Made by a program: the position numbers and the translations under genes. DNA of 64,000 bases. Origin: Octopus sinensis (lineage: Eukaryota). Position 1 is the stretch's first letter; each line of letters opens with the position of its first letter. Below, one piece after another: positions 13,870-26,899 of the stretch. The notes beneath the pieces were generated by a model that saw nothing but the letters and a program-made list of their open reading frames with translations, had not been told where the DNA came from and ran no database searches. The stretch lies in the NCBI RefSeq assembly GCF_006345805.1, contig NC_043000.1, forward strand, positions 82,460,001-82,524,000, read 5' to 3'.

Positions 13870-13876
13870 TATTATT

Positions 13877-14430
13877 GAGTGAGAGAGCAGTGGATGCCAT
13901 CAAAGTGACACTGGGGTAAAATATACGAAGCCCAGTATACACATCATGACTACCCGTCTGATAAGGGTACACTGGGCACATACATCACAACCATATGTGC
14001 GTGACACGGTGATCTCATATCAAGATAAACAGCACATGACCTTGCAGGTAGGGCCCAGTTAGAATTTTCTTCTGTTCGAGTAACCCATCCCGCTCAAAGG
14101 TCCCTGAAAAGGGTTGTTTAAGGATGTTGAACGAAACACTCATGTTTCCAGAGGTGAATTATTCAAACCCTAAAAAATCCCTCTCAACACATGGCTATGA
14201 TGCTTCCCCACTATTTCTGCTCATGATCAGAGATGCACATATCGTCAGCCACTAAGGGGCATGCTCAACTGGTTAAAGTCAAACAACTGACAAGCAAATT
14301 TGTGGTATTGAGCAGAATATTTGCTGTAGCCCATCTTTTAAACCAAGACAAAACAATGTACATGATAACACATGCAATCAGTTAAGATCAGAAGCCACAT
14401 GAGCCACTGCCTGGTACTGCATCAGGGCAC
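13877..14430 (-). mobile_element. TAA-associated 550-bp element, copy 2 (apparently full length)
   Basis: Collinear with 3436-3984; (TTA)n on both flanks. Confidence 0.85.
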
Positions 14431-14431
14431 T

Positions 14432-14462
<31 letters not shown>

Positions 14463-14500
14463 TATTATTATTATTATTATCATCATCATCATCATCATCC

Positions 14501-14574
<74 letters not shown>

Positions 14575-16447
14575 ATCATCATCATTATTATTATATGTTG
14601 TTGTTTCGTGTGTTAGGGGTAGATGGTTTAATTTTCAAAGAAGATTCCTTTTCACGTACAAAAATGTTGATTTATGATTACCTTGTTTGTATTTCGAGAA
14701 TCTAAGCCTCTATCTTGGAACACGTAAATGTGATATAATTTTATTATTCCACCATGTAAATAATAATAGCATTAGAATTAACTTTATGGAAATTATATGT
14801 GATATCATTATCATTACCCCACCTCTCTCTCTTTCTCTCTATATATAACTCTCTCTCTCTCTCTGTATGTGTGTGTGTGTCTTCCCTTGGGAAAGATGCT
14901 GTACTGGCCTCTTGTTGCCTTCTACCAGTTTATTTACAGTTTACTCTTCTGATCTCATGCTCTTCCAAATTTACCATTGACGTACAGAGCCTTTTAAACC
15001 CCTAGACAAGGGGAATAGTTCACGTAACATTAATATATGTCCACACAGTGGTCGGCCAGTGGGATATATATCTTGAGGCATGCATTCCTGCAAGCTTTTT
15101 ACGCCATAGTCACAGGAGAGTCTTCAGCTGTTTGATCTCTGACTGAGATCTTCAACAGGTTCAAATACTCCAGACCAGAAGGAACATTGGAGTAGTGGCG
15201 ACTAGGAGGCAACTCAATACTCTCCAAAACTCCTGAACTCTCGATCTGGATCCCCACCCCCACCGGATGCAGTTTAATGCCTTGCCCAGGACAATTATGA
15301 CTGTATGGATTTCCATGGATTTAAATGAGAATTGGGCCAAAGAAGTCAGAATTTCCCAAAGAAGGAACATTTGGTGTTATTACTGCTAATTACAAATGTG
15401 TTGATGAAAAAATGATGTCCAGTAACTATCCACATTTGAAAGTAGTTTCAGACATTAATTAGCGTAAATTTTCCCCAAGAATAATGAGTTACAAGTAAAT
15501 TATAAAATTGCTTTAGCTGTAAGATTGGGTTCTTCAATCATAATGTGTCTCAAAGTAAACATAAATCTTCAAGAAAAGTTTTCATAATTTCCGTTAAGGA
15601 AAACCGAGTGTGGAAAAAACTAGGCTCACTATCAATTGCACATTCGTGCAATTTTTCAGTTTGGAAAACCGATGTAGACCGCACGACTGGAAGATGTATC
15701 ACATTGGAAAAGTGTTTTGTTTTTTTTTTGGTGGGGTGGGGTTTACAAAATACTAAGACATCACTAGTAGAACTTTATACCAATTTATAATTGGTTAATA
15801 AATTCAATAAAAAGCGATTAAAATTCAAATGGAGTTAACTACGATTCGATAAGGACAAAAGAATTGTATGAAGAGATGTGGTATACCAGACAGTTAAACT
15901 TATTCAAGATATCGATAGATCTAAGACTGAAATAAAGAGATAATAATCATTTTGAAATTGTTGATTTTTTTAAAGTTTTTTTTTTTTTATTCATGAGTGA
16001 AAGAATTTTTTTATCACCACATGTCGCAGAAGTATTAACAGCGTTAGAATTATAATTAATATAGTCAATGCGAAAATAATATGGTCATCACTAAACTATG
16101 GTGTTTTACCCGACGTCTAAGAGGCATTAACAAGAGTATTAGCAAACAGAAAGACCAATAAAATGAGGTCATCATAAGACAGAAAGAGATCCCAAGTTGC
16201 TTCACACATGCTAAAAAAAATCAAAGTAACCTTGGCTCTTAATTCTTTCTTCCTCACTGTATAATTACTTCTAATTAACAGTTTTTTGCTCGCTACATTA
16301 GATATGCTGATTCGAACTTACATATCTATCTATCTATCGATCTATCTATCTATCTGTCTGTCTGTCTGTCTGTCTGTCTCTATGTATGTATGTCTGTCTG
16401 ACTGTCTGCCTGTTTGTCTGTTTGTCTGTCTATATATACTGTGTGTG

Positions 16448-16600
16448 TGGATCAAAACAGTTTGATTCAAATTCGTTGGTACACTTGAGAAGTTTCAAGC
16501 GTGATGCTAGTCGTCAGCCATTTTGAATTTGAATGCTGACGACTAGCATCACGCTTGAAACTCGAGTACCAACGAATTTGAAACAAACTGTTTTGATCCA
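16448..16600. repeat. Near-perfect 153-bp palindrome
   Basis: Inner 28-bp arms perfect, outer 35-bp arms 34/35, 16-nt loop. Confidence 0.9.
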
Positions 16601-17305
16601 TACATGTAACTCCCAATAATTGATTGAGTGCCCTTCTTTCGTTTGTCCACTCACTTGCATGTATGTGTGTGTGTGTGTGTCTGTGCGTGTGTGTGTGTGT
16701 TAGTCCCAAGTCAGATTTCATCCAACAGGCCAATGATCAAAGTATTGCAATTGTGACCATGCGGTGCTTCATCTAAGTCCAGGGAACTCAAAATTCACAT
16801 TATCTAATACAGCCTTCGTCGGAGATGTGGGGGGAAATTTGAGGAGGTTTGGGTGTTATTTCTTGTAGACTGAGTAAGATGTTTTGATAGAGATTTAACT
16901 GCTACTTCTAGTCGAACGAACGACAGTGCTAAGGTTGTTTTGTACTTAGTTGAACTTGATTGGAGGACAAAGGACATTGAGAAGAAAAGTATATATACTG
17001 ACAGAGAAAACATATAATAATAGTAACAACAGTAGGGTTGAGAGCAGGTTGACATAGACTAAATTGACGCAAGAAACCTTGCACATTGCCATATATTTCT
17101 ACGCGCGCGCGTGTATGAGTGTGTGCGCGCGCAGATTTGTGTATGTGTGTGTGTGCGTGATTATACATGTTTTGTTTACAAGTGGGTATTGGCTTGCATT
17201 CCATATACGTAAGCATGTGTGTGTGTGTATGTGTGCGTATGTGCGTGTGTATGTTGTGTGCGTGTACATACGGCTGGATGGATATATATATATAAAAATA
17301 TATAA

Positions 17306-17374
<69 letters not shown>

Positions 17375-17574
17375 TATGCGTAAGTTTGTGTGTAGATGTT
17401 TAATTTTATATATACGCATTTATCTATCTATCAGTCTGTCTGCCTGTTTGTCTGTCTATATATACTGTGTGTGTGGATCAAAACTGATGTATATGTAAAT
17501 AAATACACGAACGATGTTGTACGTGTGAGCTTATATGCTGTTTACACGTGTATGATGTGTTATAAGTGCATGTA

Positions 17575-17614
<40 letters not shown>

Positions 17615-18148
17615 GTGTGTGTGTGTGTGTGTGTCTGTGTGTCAGCATGCATATGTATCTATGTAATATGTGTACGTGCGCGTGCATGTGTGCCCTTCAG
17701 AAGGCCACGATTTCCGGTTGCAATGACAACCAATGGATGTCAGCTACATAGAAACTGCCCGTTACCAAGGTACCGTAAATTGATGGAAACTGTCATGACG
17801 GATGTAGTCACATGAAGTGACCATTCTTGGAAATGAGTGATTCTTCAGGTTTGCAGTCTTTATCTACAACAGATTGCTTCAAGAAAATAATGGCAGTTGG
17901 CATGACAAAGAGATGCTTTCTTGGATAAGATTTCTGAAAAAAAGTTATTCATTAGGGAGGAGGTCTGTGACCATGTCTGAATGCATGTATGTATACATGC
18001 GTGTACGTGTGTGCGTGTGTGTATACGCGTGTGTGTATATGCGTGTGTGTGTGTGTGTGTATAGATATATATGAGTATATATATATATATATATATATAT
18101 ATGTTTACACGTATACATATATATGTGTGTATATATACATACATATAC

Positions 18149-18179
<31 letters not shown>

Positions 18180-18354
18180 TGTATGTATGCATGCATGTAT
18201 GTATGTATGTATGCATGTGCCTACATGCACACACGTACACACTTGCACACTCAGACACACAGACTGAATGTTATTTCCATTAATTCTCTTTTCTCATTGT
18301 CTTCCTGTTTGTCAGTTAGCTTGTCTCCCCCTTTCACTTTCTCTTTTTTCTCTC

Positions 18355-18391
<37 letters not shown>

Positions 18392-18952
18392 ATCTCTCTC
18401 CCTCAAATACACACGGACACACACACACAATATGACTTATCTCATTCTCTCCTTTATGTCTGTCTCTGTTTCTCATTTTTCTATCTCTTTTTCTCTCTCT
18501 CTCTCTCTCTTTGTGTTACTTTCTCTTTCTTTCGCTCTCTTTTTCTCTTTCCCTTTCTTCCTCTCTCTCTTTCTCTTTCAATTTCTCTCTCCCCCCTCTC
18601 TCTCTTTCCCTCACCTCTATCTATTTGTCCTTGACTCGATCATTACTTAACCATCCGCTGCCAGTGTTCATCTGCGTTCTCCTAATATAACTTTGAATAC
18701 GAAGGAAACTGAACTAAATTGACCGCTAAAGCACCAAACAGCAAGTCAAGCAAACCGAAGTTCAAGGCCTCGTCCTCGTTCTATCACCGTGCACTGTCCA
18801 TGATAAAGACAACTGTTTAACAGTAAATCTACTGAGCTGGAAGCAGATTCCACCGTATGGTAAAATTCACAGTTTATATCCATGACCAAGACACGTTACT
18901 TTTAGTAGCCCAGTCTATCTAATTATACGTAGGTGCTACAATGTGGTGTATT

Positions 18953-19214
18953 CAGGGCCAGTTTTAAGCCATTTAGGTCGATATGTTCAAATTGGATCCT
19001 GCGCCAAGAGAGGGTCCCGTGCACACGCTCGAGAGAAAGACTTTATGATGAATTTTTAATACATCATTGTGGCTGATAGTGGAGCCTCAAGCCCTCAACG
19101 CTTTTTTGATTGGAATTGACATACTACACAACGCATAAAAAATCAATCTTCAGCTTTTGTTGAATAGAGAGCCCTACCGACAATCCTTTAATGTGGGACC
19201 TAGCACCGACCCTG
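18953..19214. mobile_element. hAT-type MITE
   Basis: Ends CAGGGCC.../...GACCCTG; 8-bp TSD GGTGTATT/GGTATATT (7/8). Confidence 0.7.
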
Positions 19215-19479
19215 GGTATATTTCACACATGTATGTCCATGATCAACACACTTAAGAGACAACAATCCCCTCAACCTTGCTTCAAGAAGCTACTACAATG
19301 TGATAAAAATAATTGTACGGTGACGAACGCACTGTAAATAAATATCACAGTGTGGGGTAATTCTCTGTGTAGTATCCGTGAACAACACAGTCAATGTACT
19401 TAAGCGAAATAAAAGATAACTCAGTACTTTATGTACAGTTTAAACTATGTAGTTGTTTTGTTATGGTTTTTTTTTCTGG

Positions 19480-19700
19480 TGTCAATGTATTTCAAATGGA
19501 TGTTTATATGGAAAATTGCCCAACATAACTACAATTGCTCATAGGCGGTTACGGTTCGCAGAACATTGCTGGAGAAGTAAGCAGGAAGTTATACACAAGC
19601 TATTACAGTGGGAACCAACTCACAGGAGACGCAGTAGATGAAGACCTGCTCGAACATACTCGATCACCTCTTGATCTATTAAGAGAAGATTTAGTATTAT
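19480..19700 (+). mobile_element. 3' fragment of RTE-clade LINE
   Basis: LYGKLPNITTIAHRRLRFAEHCWRSKQEVIHKLLQWEPTHRRRSR*RPART matches the RTE C-terminal pattern RRLRFAGHC.R...LLWEP.HG.R..GRP. Confidence 0.8.
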
Positions 19701-19974
19701 GTAAGCAGGACGTTTTCCTCAGCGATATTTGTAAGATCATATAGTTGATATGTATAACCATCTTTACAATATTCCCTTTCCTTTCTTTTTCTCTCCCATA
19801 CACTCTCTCACTGTATGTATGTATGTATGTATGTATGTATGTATGTATGTATGTATGTATGTATGTATGTATATGTATGTATGTATGCTCTCTTTCTCTA
19901 ACTTTTGAGTAAATTTTGACCAGCCACCGACTTGGTAGCAAGGCTGCGAAGGAATGTATCTTCTTTTAACCATC

Positions 19975-20230
19975 ATCCTTTAAGTCTTGCAGATTTTTAT
20001 AGTCGCAGATTTCATGATCGTTTGTAGCATATGAATTAAGGATTCAGTCATGCCTTGTTCCAGGCAGGTTGGTATGTAACCTGTTGCTCCAATAATAATA
20101 GGTATGAAGCTGAAAGTGTATCTTGTGAAGTGGATTTGCAAATTCCTTACCAAAGGTCCATATATGTTCTCTTCCTTTTGTCTTTCTCTAATCACATTCG
20201 TGTCCAGAGGGCAATTGAATGTATGTAAGT
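19975..20230 (-). mobile_element. 3' fragment of REL-endonuclease (R2-superfamily) non-LTR element
   Basis: ORF 19980-20237 CPLDTNV..RQKEENIYGPLVRNLQ...FIPIIIGATGYIP..L...LQ....TIKICKT. Confidence 0.7.
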
Positions 20231-20705
20231 ATGTCATTATTCAGTTTTATTTCAAGATTTCTTGATATAAAACTGAATAATGACATACGTATGTATGTAC
20301 GTACGTACGTATGTATGCACGTATGTATACATGAATGTACGCATACATGTATGTAAAACAATTTTCCCTTTAAATATATACTGGTTATATTTTAAGTGTT
20401 TGAATTTCCAAAATGTTTTTAGACCATCATTGTCTCATCCATTTGATGAAGTGATATTGGTGTCTCACTCTATAGTAAATAAGACAGGCAAACATAAATA
20501 AGCGCCTAACGACATATAACTCTAAAACATGAAATTGCAGCAGTAATGTCGGCATCTATTATACTGACCACCACACAAGACCAACAATGTATAATTCCCC
20601 ATAATTTTATACTCAATACAAAATTGCCAAGGTCTTAAAATACTTATGACCGATTTGGGAGCTTAACTGTTCCCCCAAAATAGCAACATGATAATGAAGA
20701 TTATG

Positions 20706-20706
20706 T

Positions 20707-20761
<55 letters not shown>

Positions 20762-20948
20762 GATGATGATAAGAAGAAGAAGAAGAAGGAGGAGGTGGAG
20801 GAAGAGGAGGAGGAGGGGAGGAGGAGAAGAAGAAGAAGAAGAAGAAGGAGGAGGAGGAGGAGGAGGAGGAGGAGGGGGAGGAGGGGGAGGAGGGGGAGGA
20901 GGGGGAGGAGGAGGGGGAGGAGAAGAAGAAGAAGAAGAAGAAGAAGAA
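20706..20948. repeat. Compound (GAT)n-(GAA)n-(GGA)n-(GGGGGA)n-(GAA)n microsatellite
   Basis: Directly visible. Confidence 0.95.
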
Positions 20949-21223
20949 ATGCCCTGATGCAGTACTATGTCCTGATGCAATGGGTGTTTCGTTCAACATC
21001 CTTAAAAAACCCTTATTCAGGGACTTTTAAGCGGGATGGGCTACTCGACCTGAAAAAAATTCTAACTGGACCCCATCTGCAAGGGCATGTGCTGTTTATC
21101 TTGATATGAGATCACCATGTCGCGCACATATGGTTGTGATGCATGTGCCTGGTGTACCCTTATCAGACGGTTAGTCATGATGGGTATAGTGGGCTACTTT
21201 TTTTGTACCCCATTGCCACTTTG
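20949..21223 (+). mobile_element. TAA-associated element, copy 3 (5' tip plus 3' half, internal deletion)
   Basis: Starts ATGCCCTGATGCAGTAC, then jumps to ATGGGTGTTTCGTTCAACATCC...GTCATGATGGGTATA. Confidence 0.8.
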
Positions 21224-21388
21224 TTCGCGCCCACTACGCCCCGGGCGCCCCGTATGAAACCGAGCCACCGCAACGAACGACGGCCCGCGCACGCGCCGGG
21301 AGGCGCGGTACGCCGACGCACGAGAAGGCCGCGCGCGCGGATCCGACAACCGCGACGACGCCCCGGCCGCGCGCGCGCTTTCCGGACT

Positions 21389-21530
<142 letters not shown>

Positions 21531-22015
21531 TAGTGAGAGAGCAGCGCGTGCCGTCAATGTGACACTGGGGTACAAATATACGAAGCCCAGTATACCCATC
21601 AAGACTACCCATCTTGACCTTAACCAATTGAGCATGCCCGTCCCTTGGTGACTGACGATACGTGCATCTCTGATCACAAGCAGAAGTAGTGGGGAAGTAT
21701 CATAGCCATGTGTTGAGAGGAATTCTTTGGGGTTTGAATATTTTACCGCTAGAAACATGAGTGTTTCGTTCAACATCCTTAAACAACCCTTAATCTGGGA
21801 CCTTTTGAGTGGGGTGGGCTATTCAACCTGAAGAAAATTCTAACTGGGCCCCACCTGTTAATCTTGATATGAGATCACCATGTCGCACACACATGGTTGT
21901 GATGCATGTGTCTGGTGTACCCTTATCAGACGGGTAGTCATAACGGTTATACTGGGCTTCGTATATTTTACCCCAGTTTCACTTTGATGGCATGCACTGC
22001 TCTCTCATTCAATAA
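21531..22015. mobile_element. Two truncated TAA-associated element copies joined head-to-head
   Basis: 21531-21614 (minus, ~80 bp) and 21614-22015 (plus, ~400 bp) both carry the GAGAGAGCAG terminus facing outward. Confidence 0.8.
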
Positions 22016-22029
22016 AAGTACTAATAATA

Positions 22030-24772
22030 ATGATTTCTTTATTAATTACATGTGTTCACATTAAGAAAAACATTATAGACACTACAGGACAACACAAAGA
22101 TGTATGTGTATGTGTGTGAGTGGGTGTTGTGAGTTTTGCGTGTAAACGTGACTAAACAAAATTATTTTTTAAAAAAGAAATCAACAATATATAGCCTTGG
22201 ATAGGGAGAAGTTCAAGGGCTGCTCATGGAAAAAACACATAAAAAAATCATGGGTACCCTGACCTTTGGGGCAGGTGCCTTTTTTTCTTTCCTCCTTTTT
22301 CCAACTATAGGCATGCTCAGGGCAGGGCCGTTCACTCGCACCATTCTCGCCACTTTCAACTACCTTTCAGCAAACTGGCTAGAAGACAACACTTCTCTCT
22401 ATGCTCTTATTTTCTTATTCAAGTTGATCATGAATTAGCCGAAGTGAAAAGTGTTTGTCTTCAGCCCCTCAATCTCGTCCAGCATGCAATCTCTTTTGCC
22501 AGGGCCACCAGGTATATAAACACAGCCTTTCCTTCCCGCTTAAAGGAAGGCAGCGGGGCGATCTTCATAATGGAGTCAGTTGACAGTCGGATCCGTTCCA
22601 CACGCGACAGCAGTTGTTCGACATAAACTCATAGGTCAGCAATGCTCGGTTACTGGACGAGTGCACACAGGACCGTCTCCTGCACGCATCTAGGACATGC
22701 TCGCTTCCGTGCCTGTAAAGGTACTTCTGTGCCTGTAAAGTTTATCTCGAACAGGCAAAGCTCGAAGGTAGCATTGCCAGGCCAGAGATTTTTGGAAATT
22801 GGTCCCGAGCCGAAAGTTCTCCGGAAAAGAGCAGCCAGTTTGATCTTCTTCGACGCCGTAAGAACATCGTTGCATTTTTCGTCTACTAATCCTCTATAAA
22901 AAGCTAGAGTGGAAGTCCCACCTATCGCAGTGTCTGATTGGCTGAGGGCTGTGAGCGCTTGAAGACATTCCACTTTCCCAATGCTTCCCACCCGATCTTT
23001 GTTTTACCTAAGACTGCAGCTCTGTTAAAGAAACTAGCTGCGGAAATACGTTTGGCGAACGACGACCACATTTATTCACTGTCAATAAAGCACTGGAGGT
23101 GTCGTGGCCTCAGCGCATATCTGCGCATCATCAACCACGGCATGCCCAGGTCATCACTCAGTGGGTGTTGACAAAAGAAAGACCACCTGACCATTGGGAC
23201 GCGTCCCTTCCACAAGAAGCGGAAGAGTATACGCTCCAACGTAATCAGACGGTGGCCAGAACAAGACACAACCGTCAAGCGATAGTAGATGACGGACGCG
23301 ATATACGCATTAGCCACCTCTGCCCAACCTTTCAGGGATAGCTTTCCCTCGGTTCGTTTCTGAGCGAGAGTAGTCACCTTGCTCGTTACCTCGTCCCAGT
23401 TTTTATCCATCTGGAAGTCCGGACCGAACCAGACTCCGAGCAATTTAACCGGTCCGTCCGTCCAGCTTCCAACGACGCAGTTGGACAGCATGGACTTGCT
23501 TCTGCAAGTGCCGAGCCGCAAGCCCACTGATTTTTCCTGTTTAATCGTCGCTCCTGAAACCGCCTCGTAGTCCCTGAGAGCGGTGACGATTATGTCTATG
23601 TGTTTGTGATCCGACACCACAATGGTGACGTCGTCGGCATATTCGTCGGCATATGCCGACATACATCTTCCACATCCTTGGTCACACAGATACCTCTCAA
23701 CGCCACCAGTTTGTGTAGGAGTGGCTCGAGATTCAGTACATACAAGAGAGACGAGAGGAGGGCAACCTTGCCGGACTGAGCGCACGATATTGAACGGCTC
23801 TGAGAGGTGACCGCTCACTCTGACCACTGAACAGATGTCGCTGTGCATTGCAGCAATCCAGCCCCTCAGTGATGTATCGCAGGAGGTGAGGGTTGTCGTA
23901 GATGGATCTTTTCGGGATGACACATGTCTGTGCCTCCCCTACCAGATCCCCGACGTCAAGCCCCAGCTAACACCTTGACCAAAAGTTTGAACTCTGTATT
24001 CAGCAGTGCTATGGTCCTAAAGTTGTCAATACAATCCTCCTTGTTCGGGTCTTTTCTCAGCAAACCCACCGCTCCTCGGCTGACAAAGCTGAAAATTCTC
24101 CCATTCTGTTACCAGTTGCTGTAAACGTTTCCTAAGAAGTCAACGAACAAGTCCGATATGTAAGCGTAAAGCCCGTAGGGGAGACCATCTAAACCACTCT
24201 ATTTATCTTTGTGCAGCTAGTCATTGCCTCTATTTCTAAGGCAGTTATCAGCTTTTCGCAGCACCCCGCCTCCGTCGCCGAAAGCCGCTGCAGTCCTTCT
24301 AGGTAGGACGTGAAATTCATCCTGCGACTCGGCTCACCGCTGCTCCCGAACAGTTGCGCGAAGCGTCGCTGAAAGGCTGAACACATTTTGTCTTCGATCA
24401 GTTATCATTTGCCCGTTGTGGTCCGGTAAGTGTCGGATCGTGGATTTATTGCCAGGCCGTGTCTCTACCAATCGGGCCCATTGAACGGCTTTCGTCCCTT
24501 CGTATATAAGTGCTCGTGCGTTAGGTCTGACAACGCAACCTTTTTGTTTCGCGTTAAAGAATTGGTCGATTACTAATCTCGCTGCGAGCAAGTCAGTCAC
24601 GATGCCTTTTCTAAAATCCTCGTCTAACTTTTTGACAAGCCCTGCCACTTCTGTTTCTTTCTACTGCTAGACCTTTGCTAACCTTAATCGATTCTATTTT
24701 GAAAGCCCTTTTCAGGGCGATCCACCATTTCTTGTTGATTATTGCCTCTGCCATCGCCCTCTTAACTAGTTC
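22030..24772 (-). mobile_element. 5'-truncated, frameshifted Tx1/L1-clade LINE (RT plus C-terminal cysteine domain)
   Basis: LDGLPYG..Y, LLRKDP...NFR.I.LLN.E.K.L.K.L, VRQGCP, YADD, WDEVTSKV, LAWQC..ALPVRDKLYRH, CPRC..ETVL.ALVQC; 3' end AATAAAGAAA. Confidence 0.9.
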
Positions 24773-24834
24773 ACTCTGATGATGATCATCATCATGATGA
24801 TTATGATCATGATGATGATCCTGATGATGATGAT

Positions 24835-25910
24835 GATTTCAAATTTTGGCACAAACCCTGCAATTTTGAAGGAGTGGTTAAGTCGATTATATATGCCCTA
24901 GTGTTCAACTAGTATTTATTTTATCGATCCCGAGAGGATGAAAGGCAAAGTAGACCTCAGCAGGTTTTGAACTCAGAGCATAAAGACGGAAAAAATACCG
25001 CGAAACATGTAGCCCGGCGCGGAAGCGTTTCTGCCAGCTCACCGCTCACTTTTACTCTCTTTTACTCTCTTTTACTTATTTCAGTCATTTGACTGTGGCC
25101 ATGCTGGAGCACCGCCTTTAGTCGAGCAAATCGACCCCAGGACTTATTCTATCGGTCTCTTTTGCCGAACCGCTAAGTTACGGGGACGTAAACACACCAG
25201 CAACAACCGTAAACACAGATACAGAAACATATACACACACACATACATATAGATATATATACGTACATACGACGGGCTTCTTTCAGTTTCAGTCTACCAA
25301 ATCCACTCACAAGGTTTTGGTCGGTCCGAGGCTATAGTAGAAGGTGCCACGCAATGGGACTGAACCCGGAACCATGTGGTCCATAAGCAATCTACTTACC
25401 ACACAGCCACTCCTTTCTACTGGAGTCACAAGGCATGAAATTTGTGGGGAGAGACCCAGACGATCTCATCGACTCCAGTGTTTCACTGGTACTTAGTTTA
25501 TCAACCCCGAAAGGATGAAAAGCAAAGTCGACCTTGGCAGAATTTGATCTCAGACCATAACGGCAGATGACATACCTATTTCTTTACTACCCACAAGGGG
25601 CTAAACATGGAGGGGACAAACAAGGACAGACAAACGGATTAAGTCGATTATATCGACCCCAGTGCATAACTGGTACTTAATTTATCGATCCCGAATGGAT
25701 GAAAGGCAAAGTCAACCTGCGCGGAATTTGAACTCAGAATGTAACGACAGACGAAATACGGCTACGCATTTCGCCCGGCGTGCTAACGTTCATGCCAGCT
25801 CGCTGCCTTCAATACTACTACTAATGATGATGATGATGGTAGTGTTGGTGGTGGTAGTGGTGGTGGTGGTGGTGGTGGTGGTGGTGGTGGTGGTGGTGGA
25901 GATGGTGATA

Positions 25911-25960
<50 letters not shown>

Positions 25961-25962
25961 GA

Positions 25963-25996
<34 letters not shown>

Positions 25997-26289
25997 GGTG
26001 GTGGTGGTGGTGGTGGTGGTGGTGGTGGTGATGATGATGATGATGATGATAATAATAATAACAATAATGGTTTCAAATTTTACCACAGAGGCAGCCATTT
26101 TCGGGGAGTGGATGAGTCGATGACATCGACCCCAGTGTTTCACTGGTGCTTAATTTATCGAACCCGAAAGGATGAAAGGCAAAGTCGACCTCGGTGGAAT
26201 TTGAACTCAGAATGTAGAGACAGACGGAATATCGCTAAGCACCTCGCCCGGCGTACTAACACTTCTGCTAGCTCCTCACCTTCAAACCT

Positions 26290-26357
<68 letters not shown>

Positions 26358-26712
26358 TTATTTATTTATCGAACCCAGAGAGTAACTGGTACTTATTTAA
26401 TCGACCCTGAAAGGATGAAAGTCAAAGTCGAATTTGAACTCAGAACGTAAGGGCAAACAAAATACCGCTAAGCATTTCGTCCGACATGCATACAATTCTG
26501 CCAGCTCGCCAATAATAATAATCCTTTCTGCTATAGGCACAAGGGCTAAAATTTTTGTTGAAAGGGATAATCGATTACATCGACCCCAGTACTCAACTGG
26601 TACTTATTTTATCGACCCCGAAAGCGTGAAAAGCAAAGTCGACCACGGTGGAATTTGAACTCAGAACCTAGCATTTCGCCCGGTGTGTTAACGATTCTTC
26701 CAACTCGTCACA
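24835..26712 (-). mobile_element. Cluster of at least five SINE family B pieces separated by microsatellites
   Basis: Repeated GGATGAAAGGCAAAGTCGACC..GGAATTTGAACTCAGAA near 24938, 25512, 25697, 26170, 26412 and 26630. Confidence 0.85.
25050..25414 (-). mobile_element. SINE family A
   Basis: Reverse complement of the 12704 and 49867 copies; (TTTTACTCTC)n tail. Confidence 0.85.
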
Positions 26713-26899
26713 TTCGTGATAAAAAATGATTACACTAGATCACAGTCGTGTTTTCAACTCATAAAATTGTTTTAAAAAAACATTCTTATATTTCAATACA
26801 ATAAAATTCTTCGCTGCACATTGAATTCAATATTCCTTGTTGCACATACAGTATTACATCATAGTCTTCATAAAACGTGCAATACAAAAATCGACAGGT

